Shown: positions 11,177 to 23,910 of the stretch, piece by piece
How positions within the stretch are numbered: position 1 is the first letter of the stretch
Layout: each line of letters begins with the position of its first letter
From: Squalus acanthias
Taxonomy: Eukaryota
Direction: 5' to 3'
Assembly: GCA_030390025.1 (NCBI GenBank)
Contig: JASTWF010000033.1
Location: forward strand, 5,582,001-5,646,000
Length of the DNA stretch: 64,000 nucleotides
Program-made: the position numbers and the translations under genes
The notes under the pieces: generated by a model
Databases searched by the model: none
Told to the model about the DNA's origin: nothing
Seen by the model: the letters and a program-made list of their open reading frames with translations, nothing else

Positions 11177-12084
11177 TTATTTCTGATTAATAATGAATTG
11201 AATAATTGAGGTAAGCGGATATTTCACCGCCCTCTTCACCTGCTCTCTGAACTTGGACTGTGTCACCCCATAAATAAATGTGTTTGTGCAGCAACTTAAA
11301 CTCCGCAGCATAGCTCCGACTTGTCCAAAGATATATAAAGAATCAGTGTAATAAGCGGGATCTGTTCCTGTAATGGTATAATATAAGAACTCTATAACAT
11401 AGACCAGCCACAGCAGTATGAAGCTGCCGGATAAGGTGAAGAGTAAAATCACAGACTTCCTTCTGCTCTCCATCTCTGGGTCTCTGCCATTCTCTCCCTT
11501 GCTCTCACCCCTCAGTCCCTTACGGACCCGACTGGCCACTAAAATGTGTCTGACTGTCAGAGCGTTGAGCAACAGAATTAAAGCAAATGGGAGCAATGGG
11601 TTTAAAACCGTGTTAAACCAGTCCAATCCCACCCACCCGGGCTCAGTATAAAAGCTCGGGATTATGACACAGAACCACGGCACATTATGGAATATCACCC
11701 AGGGTTGAATTGTAAAGTAGAAGGGAACGTTTTTTAAACAGAGCAGAATGCCGGTAGTTCCCAGAACCACAGCTGCTGTTTTCCCGGTGCAATATTTAGT
11801 TTTCAGCTTCTGGCAACAAATGGCCACAAATCGATCAAAGGTGAAAGTGACGGTGAACCAGACAGAACATTCCATGGCTGCACGGGTCAGGACATAGAGA
11901 ACAGTACACACAGGCGTGATGTCCAGGAAAGACACTGGGAAATAATACGAATTGATCTGCCTCAGTATGACCTCAGTGACAATGACCAGGAGATCCGCCG
12001 CTGCCATGCCCACCAGGTAGCGAGTGGTGCAGGTGGAGAGCCCGCACTTTCCCCGGGACAGGATCACAATCGCCACTAAATTCA
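11177..12084 (-). CDS. GPR139/GPR142-like class A GPCR, coding exon 2
   Basis: Open 302-codon frame with the end of TM1 through TM7: AAADLLVI, TFDRFVAIC, LLPFALILLLN, FILLW, TNTFIY. Preceded on - by the acceptor CTCTTTTCCCTTCTGTGTTTTACAG. Confidence 0.93.
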
Positions 12085-12483
12085 CTGTAAAACACAGAAG
12101 GGAAAAGAGACTGGAAATTACTGATCACACATTCTCCGTGTCTGAGCCCAGACAGTAAGAGCTGGATTTTAACACCCCAAAAACCGGCGGGTTGGGGTCG
12201 GGTCAGAGGTGAAAATATAAAAATATCCTCCCCACCACAACCCGCCTCCAACCCGCCCGCTTCCGTGTTTAACGGAGACGGGACAGGGGAGCGGGGAGCG
12301 AACCGCTCCCAGGAGGCGGGTTGGCAAGTTAAATATTTTAATGAGGCGGGCAGGCTCTGATTTAACTTGTTTTCCTGGTTTAAGTACGGCTGGCCAGGCT
12401 TCCTGGGCCTCGGGAATGATTTCGCCCCCCACCCCCCAAGCTCTACCCATCGCCCGAAACCCCCCATGGATGGAAACCTGGGG

Positions 12484-13700
12484 TCCAGTGGATGTTGTGT
12501 ATTTGGAATTTCAAAAGGCTTTCGATAAGGTCCCGCATAAGAGATTAGCGTGTAAAGTTAAGGCACATGAGATTGGGGGCAAGGTATTGATCTGGATAGA
12601 GAACTGATTGGCGGACAGAAAGCAGAGAGTAGGAATTAATGGGTCTTTTTCCGAGTGGCAGGCAGTGACTAGTGGGGTGCCGCAGGGATCGGTCCTTGGA
12701 CCCCAGCTATTCACAATATACATTAATGATCTAGACAAGGGAACTAAATGTAATATCTCCAAGTTTGCAGACGACACTAAGCTGGGTGGGAGTGTGTGCT
12801 GCGAGGAGGATGCCGAGAAACTCCAGGATGATTTGGACAGGTTGGGTGAGTGGGCAGAAGCGTGGCAGATGCAATATAACGTGGATAAATGCGAGGTTAT
12901 CCACTTTGGTGTCAAAAACAGAAAGGCAGACTATTATCTGAATGGCAAGAGATTGGGAGAAGGGGAAGTGCAACGAGACCTGGGTGTCCTTGTGCACCTG
13001 TCACTGAAGGTAATCATGCAGGTGCAGCAGGCGGTGAAGAATGCAAATGGTATGTTGGCCTTCATAGCGAAAGGGTTTGAGTATAGGAACAGGGATGTCC
13101 TGCTGCAGTTGTACAGGGTCTTGGTGAGACAACACCTGAGTACTGTGTGCAGTTTTGGTTGCCTGATCTGAGGAAGGATGTTCTTGCCATGGAAGGAGTT
13201 CAGCGAAGATTCACAAGGCTGATACCTGGGATGGCAGGAATGACATATGAGGAGAGATTGGGACGATTGGGCTTATACTCGCTGGAGTATAGAAGAATGA
13301 GACTGGATCTCATCGAAACATATAACATTCTGACAGTTCTGGACAAACTAGATGCAGGAAGAATGTTCCCGATGGTCGGAAAGTCCAGAACCAGGGGTCA
13401 TAATCTAAGGATAAGGGGTAAGCCATTTAGGAAAGAAATGAGGAAGAATTTCTTCACCCAGAGAGTGGTGAACCTGTGGAATTCTCTACCACAGAAGGTA
13501 GTTGATGACAAGTCATTAAATATATTCACGAATGAGTTAGATATATGTCTTAAAGCTAAAGGTATCAAGGGATATGGGGAGAAGGCAGGTACAGGGTACT
13601 GAGTTTGGATGATCAGCAATGATCTCATCGAATGTCGGAGCAGGCTCGAGGGGCCGAATGTCCTACTCCTGCTCCTATCTTCTATGTTTCTATGTTTTTA
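12484..13700 (+). mobile_element. CR1 LINE, 5'-truncated, same subfamily as 9140-10628
   Basis: Closely similar to 9424-10628; GVPQGSVLGP and FADD motifs; TTCTATGT tail. Confidence 0.96.
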
Positions 13701-13744
13701 TGTCCGGATCGGACATCTCCAAGCCTGGGGATTGGACACGCCCC

Positions 13745-14290
13745 CGAGACTGGTCAAACCCCCGGGACTGTTCAAACCCCCTGGGAGCAGTCAAACCCCC
13801 GGGACTGGTCAAACCCCCGGGACCGGTCACACCCCCGGGACCTGTCACACTCCTGGGACCGGTCACACCCCTGGGACCGGTCACACTCCTGGGACCGGTC
13901 ACACCCCTGGGACCGGTCAAACCCCGGGACCGGTCACACCCCCGGGACCGGTCACACCCCCGGGACCCGTCACACCCCTGGGACCGGTCAAACCCCCGGG
14001 ACCGGTCAAACCCTCGGGATCGTTCAAACACCCGGGACCGGTCACACCCCTGGGACAGGTCACACCCCTGGGACCGGTCAAACCCCGGGACCGGTCACAC
14101 CCCCGGGACTGGTCAAACCCCTGGGACCGGTCAAACCCCCGGGACCGGTCACACCCCTGGGACCGGTCAAACCCCCGGGATCGGTGAAACTCCCGGGACC
14201 GGTCAATCAACCAGGACCGGTCAAACCCCCGGGACCGGTCAAACCCCCGGGGATCGGTCACACCCCCCGGGACAGGTCAAATCCCCTGGT
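13745..14290. repeat. 17-18-bp GC-rich minisatellite GGGACCGGTCA(C/A)ACCCC(C/T), about 30 copies
   Basis: Direct observation; 6-aa period (TPGTGH, GPVTPP) in the ORF track. Confidence 0.95.
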
Positions 14291-14627
14291 CCATGATCGG
14301 ACACATCGCGGGATCAGACGCCCCATCCAACCCAGTTTCATCCATCCGACCTACCTGGTCCTGCTCCGGAGTCCCCCCACCCCGTCCGACTGGAAGCCCG
14401 ACTGTCAATCAGGCTGACTTCCGGGGTGGGGAACCAGTCAAGGAGAAGGACGTATGCTGTGGAGTTAAGAAACCCCAACGTCCGGGAATAGCTGGACTTC
14501 CTGGTATCCTGTCTGATATTCCACATCCACTCCGTACCTTCCGGCCATCGTACATAACCCGCCTCTCATAATATCCAGGCGGAAGTATATGAGCAGATGC
14601 AAAATACGGAGACTACTTTAATTCTGA

Positions 14628-16655
14628 TAAGAACATAAGAACATAAGAAATAGGAGCAGGAGTCGGCCATTTGACCCTTCGAGCCTGCTTCGCCATTCAA
14701 TGAGATCATGGCTGATCTTCTGCCTCAATTCCATTCACCGGCCTTATCGCCATATCCCTTGATGCCCTTACTAGTCAGGAATCTATCGACCTCTTTTGAA
14801 TATACCCAATGACTGAGCATCCACAGCCCTCTGGGGTAGAGAATTCGAAAGATTTACCACCCTCTGTGTGAAGAAATTTCTTCTTATCCTTGTCCTGAAT
14901 GGCCTACCCTTTATCCAAAGGCTGTGGCCCCCGGTTCTAGACTCCCCAGCCAAGGGAAACATTCTCCCAGCACCCACCCTATCAAACCCTGTAATAATTT
15001 TGTATGCTTCAATGAGAACCCCTCTCATTCTTCTGAATTCAAGAGAATACAGGCCTAGTTTACTCAATCTCTTCTCATACGACAGATCCGTCATCCCAGG
15101 AATAAATCTCGTGAACCTTCGTTGCACTCCCTCTATGGCAAGTATATCCTTCCTTATGTAAGGAGACCACAATTGTACACAGTACTCCAGGTGTGGTCTC
15201 ACCAAGGCCCTATAGAATTGGAGGAAGACTTCTTTACTCCTGTACGCAAGTATCCTCTTGTAATGAAGGCCAGCATACCATTTGCCTTCCTAATGGCTTG
15301 CTGCACCTGCACATTCACTTGCAGTGACTCATGTACAAGAACACCCAGGTACCTTTGAGCATCTGCATTCCCCAATCTTTCACCATTTAGGAAATACTCT
15401 GCCTTTCCGTTTTTTCGACCAAAGTGGATAACTTCACATTTATCCACATTATAATCCATCTGCTATGTTCTCGCCCACTCACTGAGCCTGTCGACATCCC
15501 CTTGAAGCCTCTTCACATCCTCTTCGCAACTGACACTGCCACCTAGCTTTGTGTCATCAGCAAATTTGGAAATGTTACATTTAGTCACATCATCCAAATC
15601 ATTGATATAGATTGTGAATAGCTGGGGCCCAAGCACCGATCCTTGCGGTACCCCACTAGTCACAGCCTGCCATCCTGAAAAAGATTCATTTATCCCTACT
15701 CTGTTTGCTGTCTGTTAACCAATTCTCAATCCATGCTAGTATATTACCCCCAATTCCAAGTGCCCTAATTTTTTTCACCAACCTCTTGTGTGGGACCTTA
15801 TCGAAGGCCTTCTGAAAATCCAAATGCACCACATCTACCGGTTCCCCTTTCTTTGTCTACTTACTTCACAAGTTACATCCTCAAAGAACTCCAATAGGTT
15901 TGTCAAACAGGCCTTCACTTTCATAAATCCATGTTGACTCTGCCCAATCTTACTATTAGTTTCTAAGTGCCCAGTTATTGCATCCTTTATAATAGATTCC
16001 AGCATTTTCCCAAAGACTGATGTGAGACTAGCAGGTCTGTAGTTCCCCTTTTCTCTGTCCCTCCTTTCTTAAAAAGCGGTGTTACATTTTCTATCCTCCA
16101 ATCTGCAGGAACCATTCCAGAATCTATAGAATTTTGGAAGATGACAACCAATGCGTCCACTATCCCAATGGCCACCTCTTTCAAAACCCTAGGATGTAGG
16201 TCATCCGGTCCTTGAGATTTATTAACTTTTAGTCCCATTAATTTTGCTAGTACTGTTTTTTTTACTAATAATAATTTCATTATGTTCTTCATTCTCGCCA
16301 CACCCTTGGTTTTCTTGTATTTCTGGGAGGTTTTTTGTGTCTTCCTCCGTGAAGACAGAAACAAAGTATTTATTTAATTTCTCTGACATTTCCTCATTCC
16401 CCATTATAAATTCTCCCGTCTCTGACTGTAAAGGACCTACATTTACCTTCACCAGTCTTTTCCTTTTCACATACCTATAGAAGCTTTTACAATCCGTTTT
16501 TATATTTTTCTCTGATTTGTGCTTTTATTCCATTTTCCCTTTCTTTATCCATTTCTTGGTCCCCCTTTGCTGATTTCAAAAAGATCCCAATCCTCAGGCT
16601 GACTGTGTTTTCTGGCAACTTTATAAGCTTCCTCCTTTGACTTAATACTAGCTTT
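14628..16655 (-). mobile_element. CR1 LINE, 5'-truncated, frameshifted
   Basis: (AAGAACAT)n tail at about 14628-14648; colinear ORF2 fragments in several frames. Confidence 0.95.
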
Positions 16656-16723
16656 AATTTATTAAAAAAGACAATGCTGAAAACACTCAGCGGGTCAGGC
16701 AGCATCTGTGCAGAGAGAAACAG

Positions 16724-16760
16724 AGTTAACATTTCAGGTCCATGACCTTTCATCAGAACT
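16724..16760 (-). ncRNA. Minimal type I hammerhead ribozyme motif (Penelope-type)
   Basis: Minus strand reads AGUU-CUGAUGA-A-AGGUC-AUG-GACCU-GAAA-U-GUU-AACU: helix I AGUU/AACU, helix II AGGUC/GACCU, intact core boxes, GUU cleavage triplet, no intramolecular helix III. Confidence 0.7.
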
Positions 16761-17214
16761 GGACGATTCCAGATATTATCTGTATTAAAGCAATGATAGA
16801 GTCACAGAAAAGTGCTTTAGCATAAGGATAGAAAAAAGAGGAATCTCTGTGATTGGTTGGAGGGCCGGAGTGATTCAATGACAAAAGGGATGATGGTGCA
16901 AGGCGAATGGGACAATTAAAGAAACAGAAGATGGGTCTAGAGGAGGTGTAAATGGTTACAGCAGAATAACAAGGGGGAGGGGTAGTAGGGCACATGTGGC
17001 AGAGAAAGTTGGGTAGACCCCAGGTGTTTGGGCCAGCCCGCTGACCGTGTACCGGGATCGCCACCCCAAGCCCCAGCCCAAACCTCCTCCACTCCCAGTG
17101 GCTCTGGTGGAGCCATCCTCCATTACCAGCACATGTCGTCCGAGAAAACGGGAGCGGAGGTTATGATCTGAAGTTTTTAAACTTAGTGTTGAATCCGGCA
17201 GGCAATAAAATGCG

Positions 17215-17583
17215 GAATCATAGAATCTGGGAGCAGGAGTAGGCCATTCGGCCCGTCGAGCCTGCTCCACCATTCAACACGATCATGGCTGATCATTCAA
17301 ATCCAGTACCCTGTCCCTGCTTTAATCCCCCCAGTACACATATCCCAATAACCCCACATATTTAATCCCCCCCTAACACTAAGGGTCAATTTATCATAGC
17401 CAAATCAACCTAACCCGCACATTTTTGGACTGTGAGAGGAAACCGGAGCACCCGGAGGAAACCCACGCAGACACGGGGAGAATGTGCAAACTCCACACAG
17501 ACAGTCACACCGAGGTCAGATTCGAACCCGGGTCCCTGGCGCTGTGAGGCACCAGTGCTAACCACTACGCCACCGTGTTGCCC
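17215..17583 (-). mobile_element. tRNA-derived SINE (HE1/V-SINE type) with a CR1-derived 3' tail
   Basis: A box TGGCGTAGTGG, B box GGTTCGAATC, V-domain-like GTCTGCGTGGGTTTCCTCCGGGTGCTCCGGTTTCC; the tail matches the CR1 3' end at about 27075-27170. Confidence 0.88.
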
Positions 17584-18064
17584 GAAGGGGAGCAGATGTT
17601 AGTGGTGATGGAAGAGTGGACCAGGGTGTTGCGAGGGCCGGGGGGATGGGAGTGCAGGGGAAGATATGTTTGTTGTTGGCCTTCGCTGAACATGATGGAA
17701 ATGGCAGAGGATGATCCGTTGAATGTGAAGGCTGGTGCAGTGGAAGCTGAGGACAAGGGGTAATGGGAGCAATGCAGATTGACACGGTCGAGGGCCCTGG
17801 CATTCACAATGGAGGTGAATACTCGGCTGAGGAAATATGAAGACATTTCGGAAGCACTGGTGTGAAAGGTGGTATCGTCAGAACATATGCAACGGTGGCG
17901 GAGAAACTTTGAGAATAGAATATAGCCCTTCCAGGAAGCCGGGTGGGAGGAAGTCTACTCAAGATTCCTGTGGGAGTTGGTGGGATTATAGTAGATATTG
18001 GTGGATGGCCTAGACCCTGAAATGAAGATCGAGAAGTCGAGGAAGGGAATGGAAGATCACTGTG

Positions 18065-20215
18065 GTTCACCATTTAAATGTTATTCCTGTATTTAAAATG
18101 GAAGATAGAACAATTCCATGGATCTACAGACCAGTTAGCATAACGTCGATTTTAGGAAAGTTAATGGAATCCTTACTCAAAGATGTAACAGAAAAACATC
18201 TAGAAACACAAAATATAATAACGAGTAGTCAGCAGGTTTTCCAAAAGAAAATCATAGAATGGTTATAGCACAGAAGGAGGCCATTCGGCCTGTCGAGCCC
18301 GTGCTCACTCTCTGCACATGCACTGCAGCTAATCCCAATCCCTGCCCTTTCACCGTAGCCCTGCAATTCTTTTCCTTCAGGTACTTATCCCATTTCCATT
18401 TGAAAACCACGATTGAATCTGCCTGCACCACCCTTTCAGGCAGTGCATTACAGATCATAACCCAACGCTGCCTTAAAAAGGTTTTCCTCATGTCACCTTT
18501 GGATCTTCAGCACATCACCTAAAACCTGTGCCCTATGGTTCTTGACCGTTCTACCAATGGGAACAGCTTCTCTCTATCTACACTGTCTACTCCGTCTAGA
18601 ACCCTCATGATTTTGATCCACTCTATCAAATCTCCTCTCAATCTTCTCTGCTCTACTGAGAACAACCCCAGCTTCTCCAGTATATCTACATAACTGAAGT
18701 CCTTCATCCCTGGAAACATTCTTGTGAATCTTTTCTGCACCCTCTCTAAAGCCTTCATGCCCCTTCCTGAAGTGCGGTGCCCAGAATTGGACACAATACT
18801 CCAGTTGTGGCCGAACCAATGTTTCATAAATGTTTATCATAACTTCTTTGCTTTTGTACTCTATGCCTCTATTTATAAAGCTAAGATTCCAGTAAGCATT
18901 TTTAATCGCTTTCTCAACTTGCCCTGCCACCTTCAACGATTTTTGTACATGTACCCCCGGGTCCATCTGTTCCTGCACCCCCTTTGGAATGTCTTGCTTG
19001 AGTAACCTTAGTGAATTATTTGAATAAGTATCAGAAAGATTAGATAAGGGTTATGCAGGAGATATATTTGATTTTTTAAAGCCATTCGATAAGGTACCAC
19101 ATAGCAGACTGAATCACAGAGCAAGTGGAGTTAGGAGACAAGCAGCAGAATGGATAGCAAGATGGCTGCAAGAACAGAAAATAGGGAGTAGTGGATAAAG
19201 CTATTTACTCAGATAGGTGGATGGTGAGAAGTGATGTCCCACAAGGATCGGCGTTGCAATCATTGTTGTTCACCATTTACATAAACGCTATTGAATCGGG
19301 AAGCAGAAGAACAAATTCAAAATTTGCGGATGAATCCAAATTGGAAGTACAGTTAATACAGAGGAAGAATGCAACACAATACCTGCAGATATTAATAAAC
19401 TTGCAGAAAGGGCGTTTAAATGGCAAATTAATTTCAATATAGCTAAGTGAGAGGTACTGCATTTTGCTAGGAAGAATAAGTTTCCCAAATACTCCTTGGA
19501 AATCAGAGCGGGAATGGGGTAGAAGGGCACCGATTAACTAATCATTTAAAGTAGCAACGCATGTTAACAAGACCATAAACATGGAAACAAAGCACTGGGG
19601 TTCATTTCTAGAAGAATAGAATCGTAAAGCAAAGAGGTTAGCTTAAACTTATATCGAACCTTGGTTATACCACACTGAGCGTACTGTGTGCAGTTCTGAT
19701 CTCCATATTACATAAAGGATATTAAGGCTCAGGAGAAAGTGTAATATTTTTACAAGGATGACACCAGAACTGAGACATTATAAGCATCAGGAAAGATTGA
19801 ACAGGCTGGGGCTCCTTTCTTTACAAAAGAGAAGGCTGAGGGGTGGCCTAATAGAGGCCTTTAAATTTTGAAGGGGTAACATAGGGTAGATGTTTATACT
19901 CGTGACGTGAGTGCAAAATTGGAGATTATTATAAAAGAGAGTCACTAATAAATCCAATACGGAATTGAGGAGAAATGTCTTTACTCAGAGATTGGTTAGA
20001 ATGTGGAACTCCCTACAACTTGGAGTACTTGAGGCGAATAGCAGAGATGCATTTAAGGGTAAGCGAGAGAAGTACACGAGGTAGAAAGCAGTAGAAGGTT
20101 ATGCTGATCGGGTGAGATGAAGAGGGGTGGGAGGAGGCTCCTGTGGAGCATAAACACTGGCATAACCTAGTGTGGCCGAATGGCCTGTTTTGTGCTGTAA
20201 ATTCTAAGGAGTTCT
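18065..20215 (+). mobile_element. Old degenerate CR1 RT region (18065-18250 and about 18995-20215)
   Basis: YRPVSITSILGKLMES, VPQGSAL, SKFADESKL; many stops. Confidence 0.85.
18251..18990 (-). mobile_element. CR1 3' fragment nested in the older CR1
   Basis: LVRPQLEYCVQFWAPHF and RRLRGDLIE; tail near 18251. Confidence 0.9.
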
Positions 20216-23200
20216 CCGTAACTTGAGTACAAATTAATCACATTCATCAGTTCATTTAATCATTGCGGATATTGAAGTGATTTATTTATTGAGGCATTGC
20301 CCTATATATTAAATTTTTATCAATTTATTAATGCTATTATTTACTGCCCTCGGGACTGATATGTGTATTATGAAAACCTGATATACATGTTCTTCAGTTA
20401 TGCATGTCTCTCCTCGCAGGGACACACCTCACTGAGCTAAGGCCAGAGATCGTTGCAGGTTACCTGTGCAGAGACTCTGAATCAGAGTTAAGAACTGTTT
20501 CGTCAAACCTTAATCAGTTACAGAAGTGGATCAATAACCACAGCCCAATATTTATCCTGTCTAATGAGAGGGAGGAATTGAATGAAATCAATTGTAGGGA
20601 TATTGACTGGATTGAAGGCCGATAAATCCCCAAGGCCTGATAATCTACATCCTAGGGTACTTAAGGAAGTGGCCGTAGACATAGTAAGAACATTAGAACA
20701 TAAGAAATAGGAGCAGGAGTAGGCCAATTGGCCCCTCGAGCCTGCTCCGCCATTCAATAAGATCATGGCTGATCTGATCCTAACCGCCAATCTACTATCT
20801 CAGAACCATCTCCTGAACATAACAGAACTGGACACACGAAATAGGAGCAGTATCAGGCTACACGGCCCCTGGGCCCGCTACGCTACCCACAGGGCCATGA
20901 CCGATCCGAACCTAGACTCATGTCCAAATTCCTGCCCGCTCCCCGTAACCCTTAATTCCCTTTACTTCTAGGAAACTGTCTATTTCTCTTTTAAAATTAT
21001 GTAATGATGTAGCTTCTACAGCTTTTGGGGGCAGCATATTCCATGGACCTACCACCCTCTGAGTGAAGTAGTTTCTTCTCATCTCAGTTTTGAAAGAGCA
21101 GCCCCTTATTCTAAGACTATGCCACCTAGTTCTAGTTTCACCCATCATCGGGAACATCCTCCCCGCATCCACCCAATCCAACCCCTTCACAATCTTATAT
21201 GTTTCAATAAGATCGCCTCTCATTCTTCTGAACTCCAATGAGTACAGTCCCAATCTACCCAACCTCTCCTCATATTTCCATCCCCTCATCCCCGGGATTA
21301 ACCGAGTGAACCTTCTTTGTACTGACTCGAGAGCAAGTATGTCTTTTCTTAAGTATGGACACCAAAACTGTATGCAGTATTCCAGGTGCGGTCTCACCAA
21401 TACCTTGTACAACTGAAGCAATACCTCCCTATTTTTATATTCTATCCCCTTAGCAATGAAAGGCAACATTCCAATGGCCTTCTTAATCACTTGCTGCACC
21501 TGCATACTAACCTTTTGAGTTTCGTGCACCAGGACCTCCAGATCCCTTTGTACTTCAGTACTTTCCAGTTTCTTGCCATTTAGATAATAACTTGCTCTAC
21601 TACTTTTCCTGACAAAGTGCATAACCTCACACTTTCCAGTATTGTATTCCATCTGCCAAATCTCTGCCCACTTACTTAGCCTGACTATGTCCCCTTGCAG
21701 ATTTTTTATGTCCTCCTCACTCACTACTTTCCCTCCCATCTTAGTATCATCTGCAAACTTTGATATGTTACACTCGGTCCCCTCCTCCAAATCGTTAATA
21801 TAGATTGTAAAGAGTTGGGGACCCAGCACTGACCCCTGTGGAACACCACTAGTTACTGATTGCCAGTCCGAGAATGAACCATGTATCCCAACTCTCTGCC
21901 CTCTGTTAGATTGCCAATCCTCTATCCATGCCAGAATATTACAACCAATCCAGTGATTTTTTATCTTAAGCAATAATCTTTTGTGTGGCACCTTGTCAAA
22001 AGCCTTTTGGAATTCTAAATACACCACATCCACTGGTTCCCCTTTATCCACCCTGTGTGTTACTTCCTCAAAGAACTCCAGCAAATTTGTCAAACATGAC
22101 TTCCCCTTCATAAAACCATGCTGACTTTGTCCTATTAAATTATGATTATCCAAATGTCCCGTTACTGTCTCCTTAATAATGGACTCCAAAATTTTACCTA
22201 CCACAGATGTTAGGCTAACCGGTCTATAGTTTCCAGCCTTCTGTCTACTGCCCTTTTTAAATAAGGGTGTTACATTAGCAGTTTTCCAGTCTGCCGGGAT
22301 CTTTGCTGAGTCCAGGGAGTTTTGGAAAATTATTACCAATGCATCCACAATCCCTACCGCCACTTCCCTCAAGACCCTAGGATGTAAGCCATCAGGTCCA
22401 GGTGATTTATCCGCCTTGAATCCCATTATTTTACCGAGTACCACTTCCTTAGTGATTTTGATCGTGTTTAGCTCCTCCCCCCCCCCCCCTATAGCCCCCT
22501 ATTTGTCCAGTGTTGGGATATTCTTAGTTTCCTCTACTGTAAAGACTGATACAAATTATTCATTCAGTGTATTTGCCATCTCCATATTTCCCACCATTAA
22601 TTTCCCGGTCTCATCCTCTAAGAGACCAACATTTACTTTAGCCACCCTTTTTCTTTTTATATAACTATAAAAACTCTTACTATCTGTTTTTATATTTTTT
22701 GCTAATTTACTTTCATAATCTATCTTTCCTTTCTTAATCAATCTTTTTTTATTTTTTGCTGTCTTTTAAAGATTTCCCAATCCTCTATCCTCCCACTAGA
22801 TTTGGCTACCTTATAAGCCCTTGTTTTTAGTCGAATACTATCCTTAATTTCTTTGCTTAGCCACGGATGACTGTCTTTTCTTTTACACCCTTTTCTTCTC
22901 AGTGGAATATATATTTTTTGGAAGTTGTAAAATAACTCCTTAAATGTACACCACAGATCATGTATCGTCTTACCCTTTAATCTATTTTCCCAATCCACTC
23001 TACTCAATTCCGCTCGCATACCTTCATAGTCTCCTTTATTCAAGCTTAGCACGCTTGTTTGAGAGCCGACCTTCTCACCCTCTAATTGAATATGGAATTC
23101 AACAATGTTATGGTCACTCATTCTAAGGGGATCCTTTACTACGACATTTTTAATTAATCCTGTCTCGTTACTCAGGACCAGATCTAAGGTTGCTTGCCAC

Positions 23201-23910
23201 CTGGTCGGTTCAGTTACATACTACTCAAGAAACCCATCCCTAATACACTCAATGAACTCATCCTCAAGGCAGCCCTGCCCAATTTGATTTGTCCAATTAA
23301 TATGATAGTTAAAATCCCCATAATTATAGATGTTCCCTTATTACAAGCCTCAACTATTTCCTGATTGATACTCCGTCCAACAGAGTTGCAACTATTCGGA
23401 GGCCTATAGACTACGCCCACTAGTGTTTTTTCCCCCTTATTATTCCTTATCTCCACCCAAACTGTTTCTTTATCCTGATCTTTTGACCCAATATAATTTC
23501 TCTGTATTACAGTGATTCCTTCCTTTATTAACATAGCCACCCCACCTCCCCTTCCTTCCTGCCTGTCCTTCCTGATCGTTAAATAACCTGGTATGTTTAA
23601 TTCCCAGGCATTGTCACCCTGCAGCCATGTTTCTGTAATGGCCACAAGATCATACCCATATGTAGTTATTTGTGCCATTAACTCGTCTATTTTGTTACGA
23701 ATGATACGTGCATTCAGATAGAGAACTTTCAAATATGTTTTGTGACACTTAGTTCCTGCTTTTGCCCTTTTTATTACTTTACCTTTTACTCCATACCTTC
23801 TGCCACTTCCTGACACACTCTGGTTTTTAATTTCCCCACTGCTACCTAAGTCTATGACCTTCTCTGTTGTCATTTTTATTATTTGCTCTCTAGGAACCTC
23901 CCCCCACTAG

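Larger units (their letters stand above)
12160..14480. mobile_element. GC-rich non-coding repeat (possible non-autonomous DNA element; pieces about 12160-12483 and 13700-14480) interrupted by a CR1
   Basis: Both pieces are GC/CpG-rich, of similar texture, and abut the CR1 ends; no matching terminal inverted repeat found. Confidence 0.3.
16665..18060 (-). mobile_element. Penelope-like element remnant (terminus about 16665-16975; ORF fragment about 17585-18060), interrupted by a SINE
   Basis: Minus-strand peptide EMSSYFLSRVFTSIVNARALDRV resembles the PLE RT-to-GIY-YIG linker; the terminus carries a CTGATGA...GAAA hammerhead core, which is typical of PLE terminal repeats. Confidence 0.7.

Noticed and set aside
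12083..12085. GTG start for a single-exon GPCR
   Set aside because: The G belongs to the splice acceptor AG; TM1 is completed by the exon at 29166-29232.
13609..14417. Pro/Gly/Thr-rich ORFs open in all three frames
   Set aside because: A GC-rich minisatellite without stops; 17/18-bp unit variation shifts the frame.
17505..17583. tRNA gene
   Set aside because: The A and B boxes belong to the SINE head and continue into the SINE body.
20404..20560. Possible + strand exon after CTCTCCTCGCAG
   Set aside because: No recognisable protein similarity, no good donor, and it runs into a CR1 fragment.
20918..22444. 508-aa RT ORF as an active retroelement or retron-like system
   Set aside because: It is part of a CR1 ORF2 with upstream frameshifts and a stop in ORF1, so it is not autonomous.
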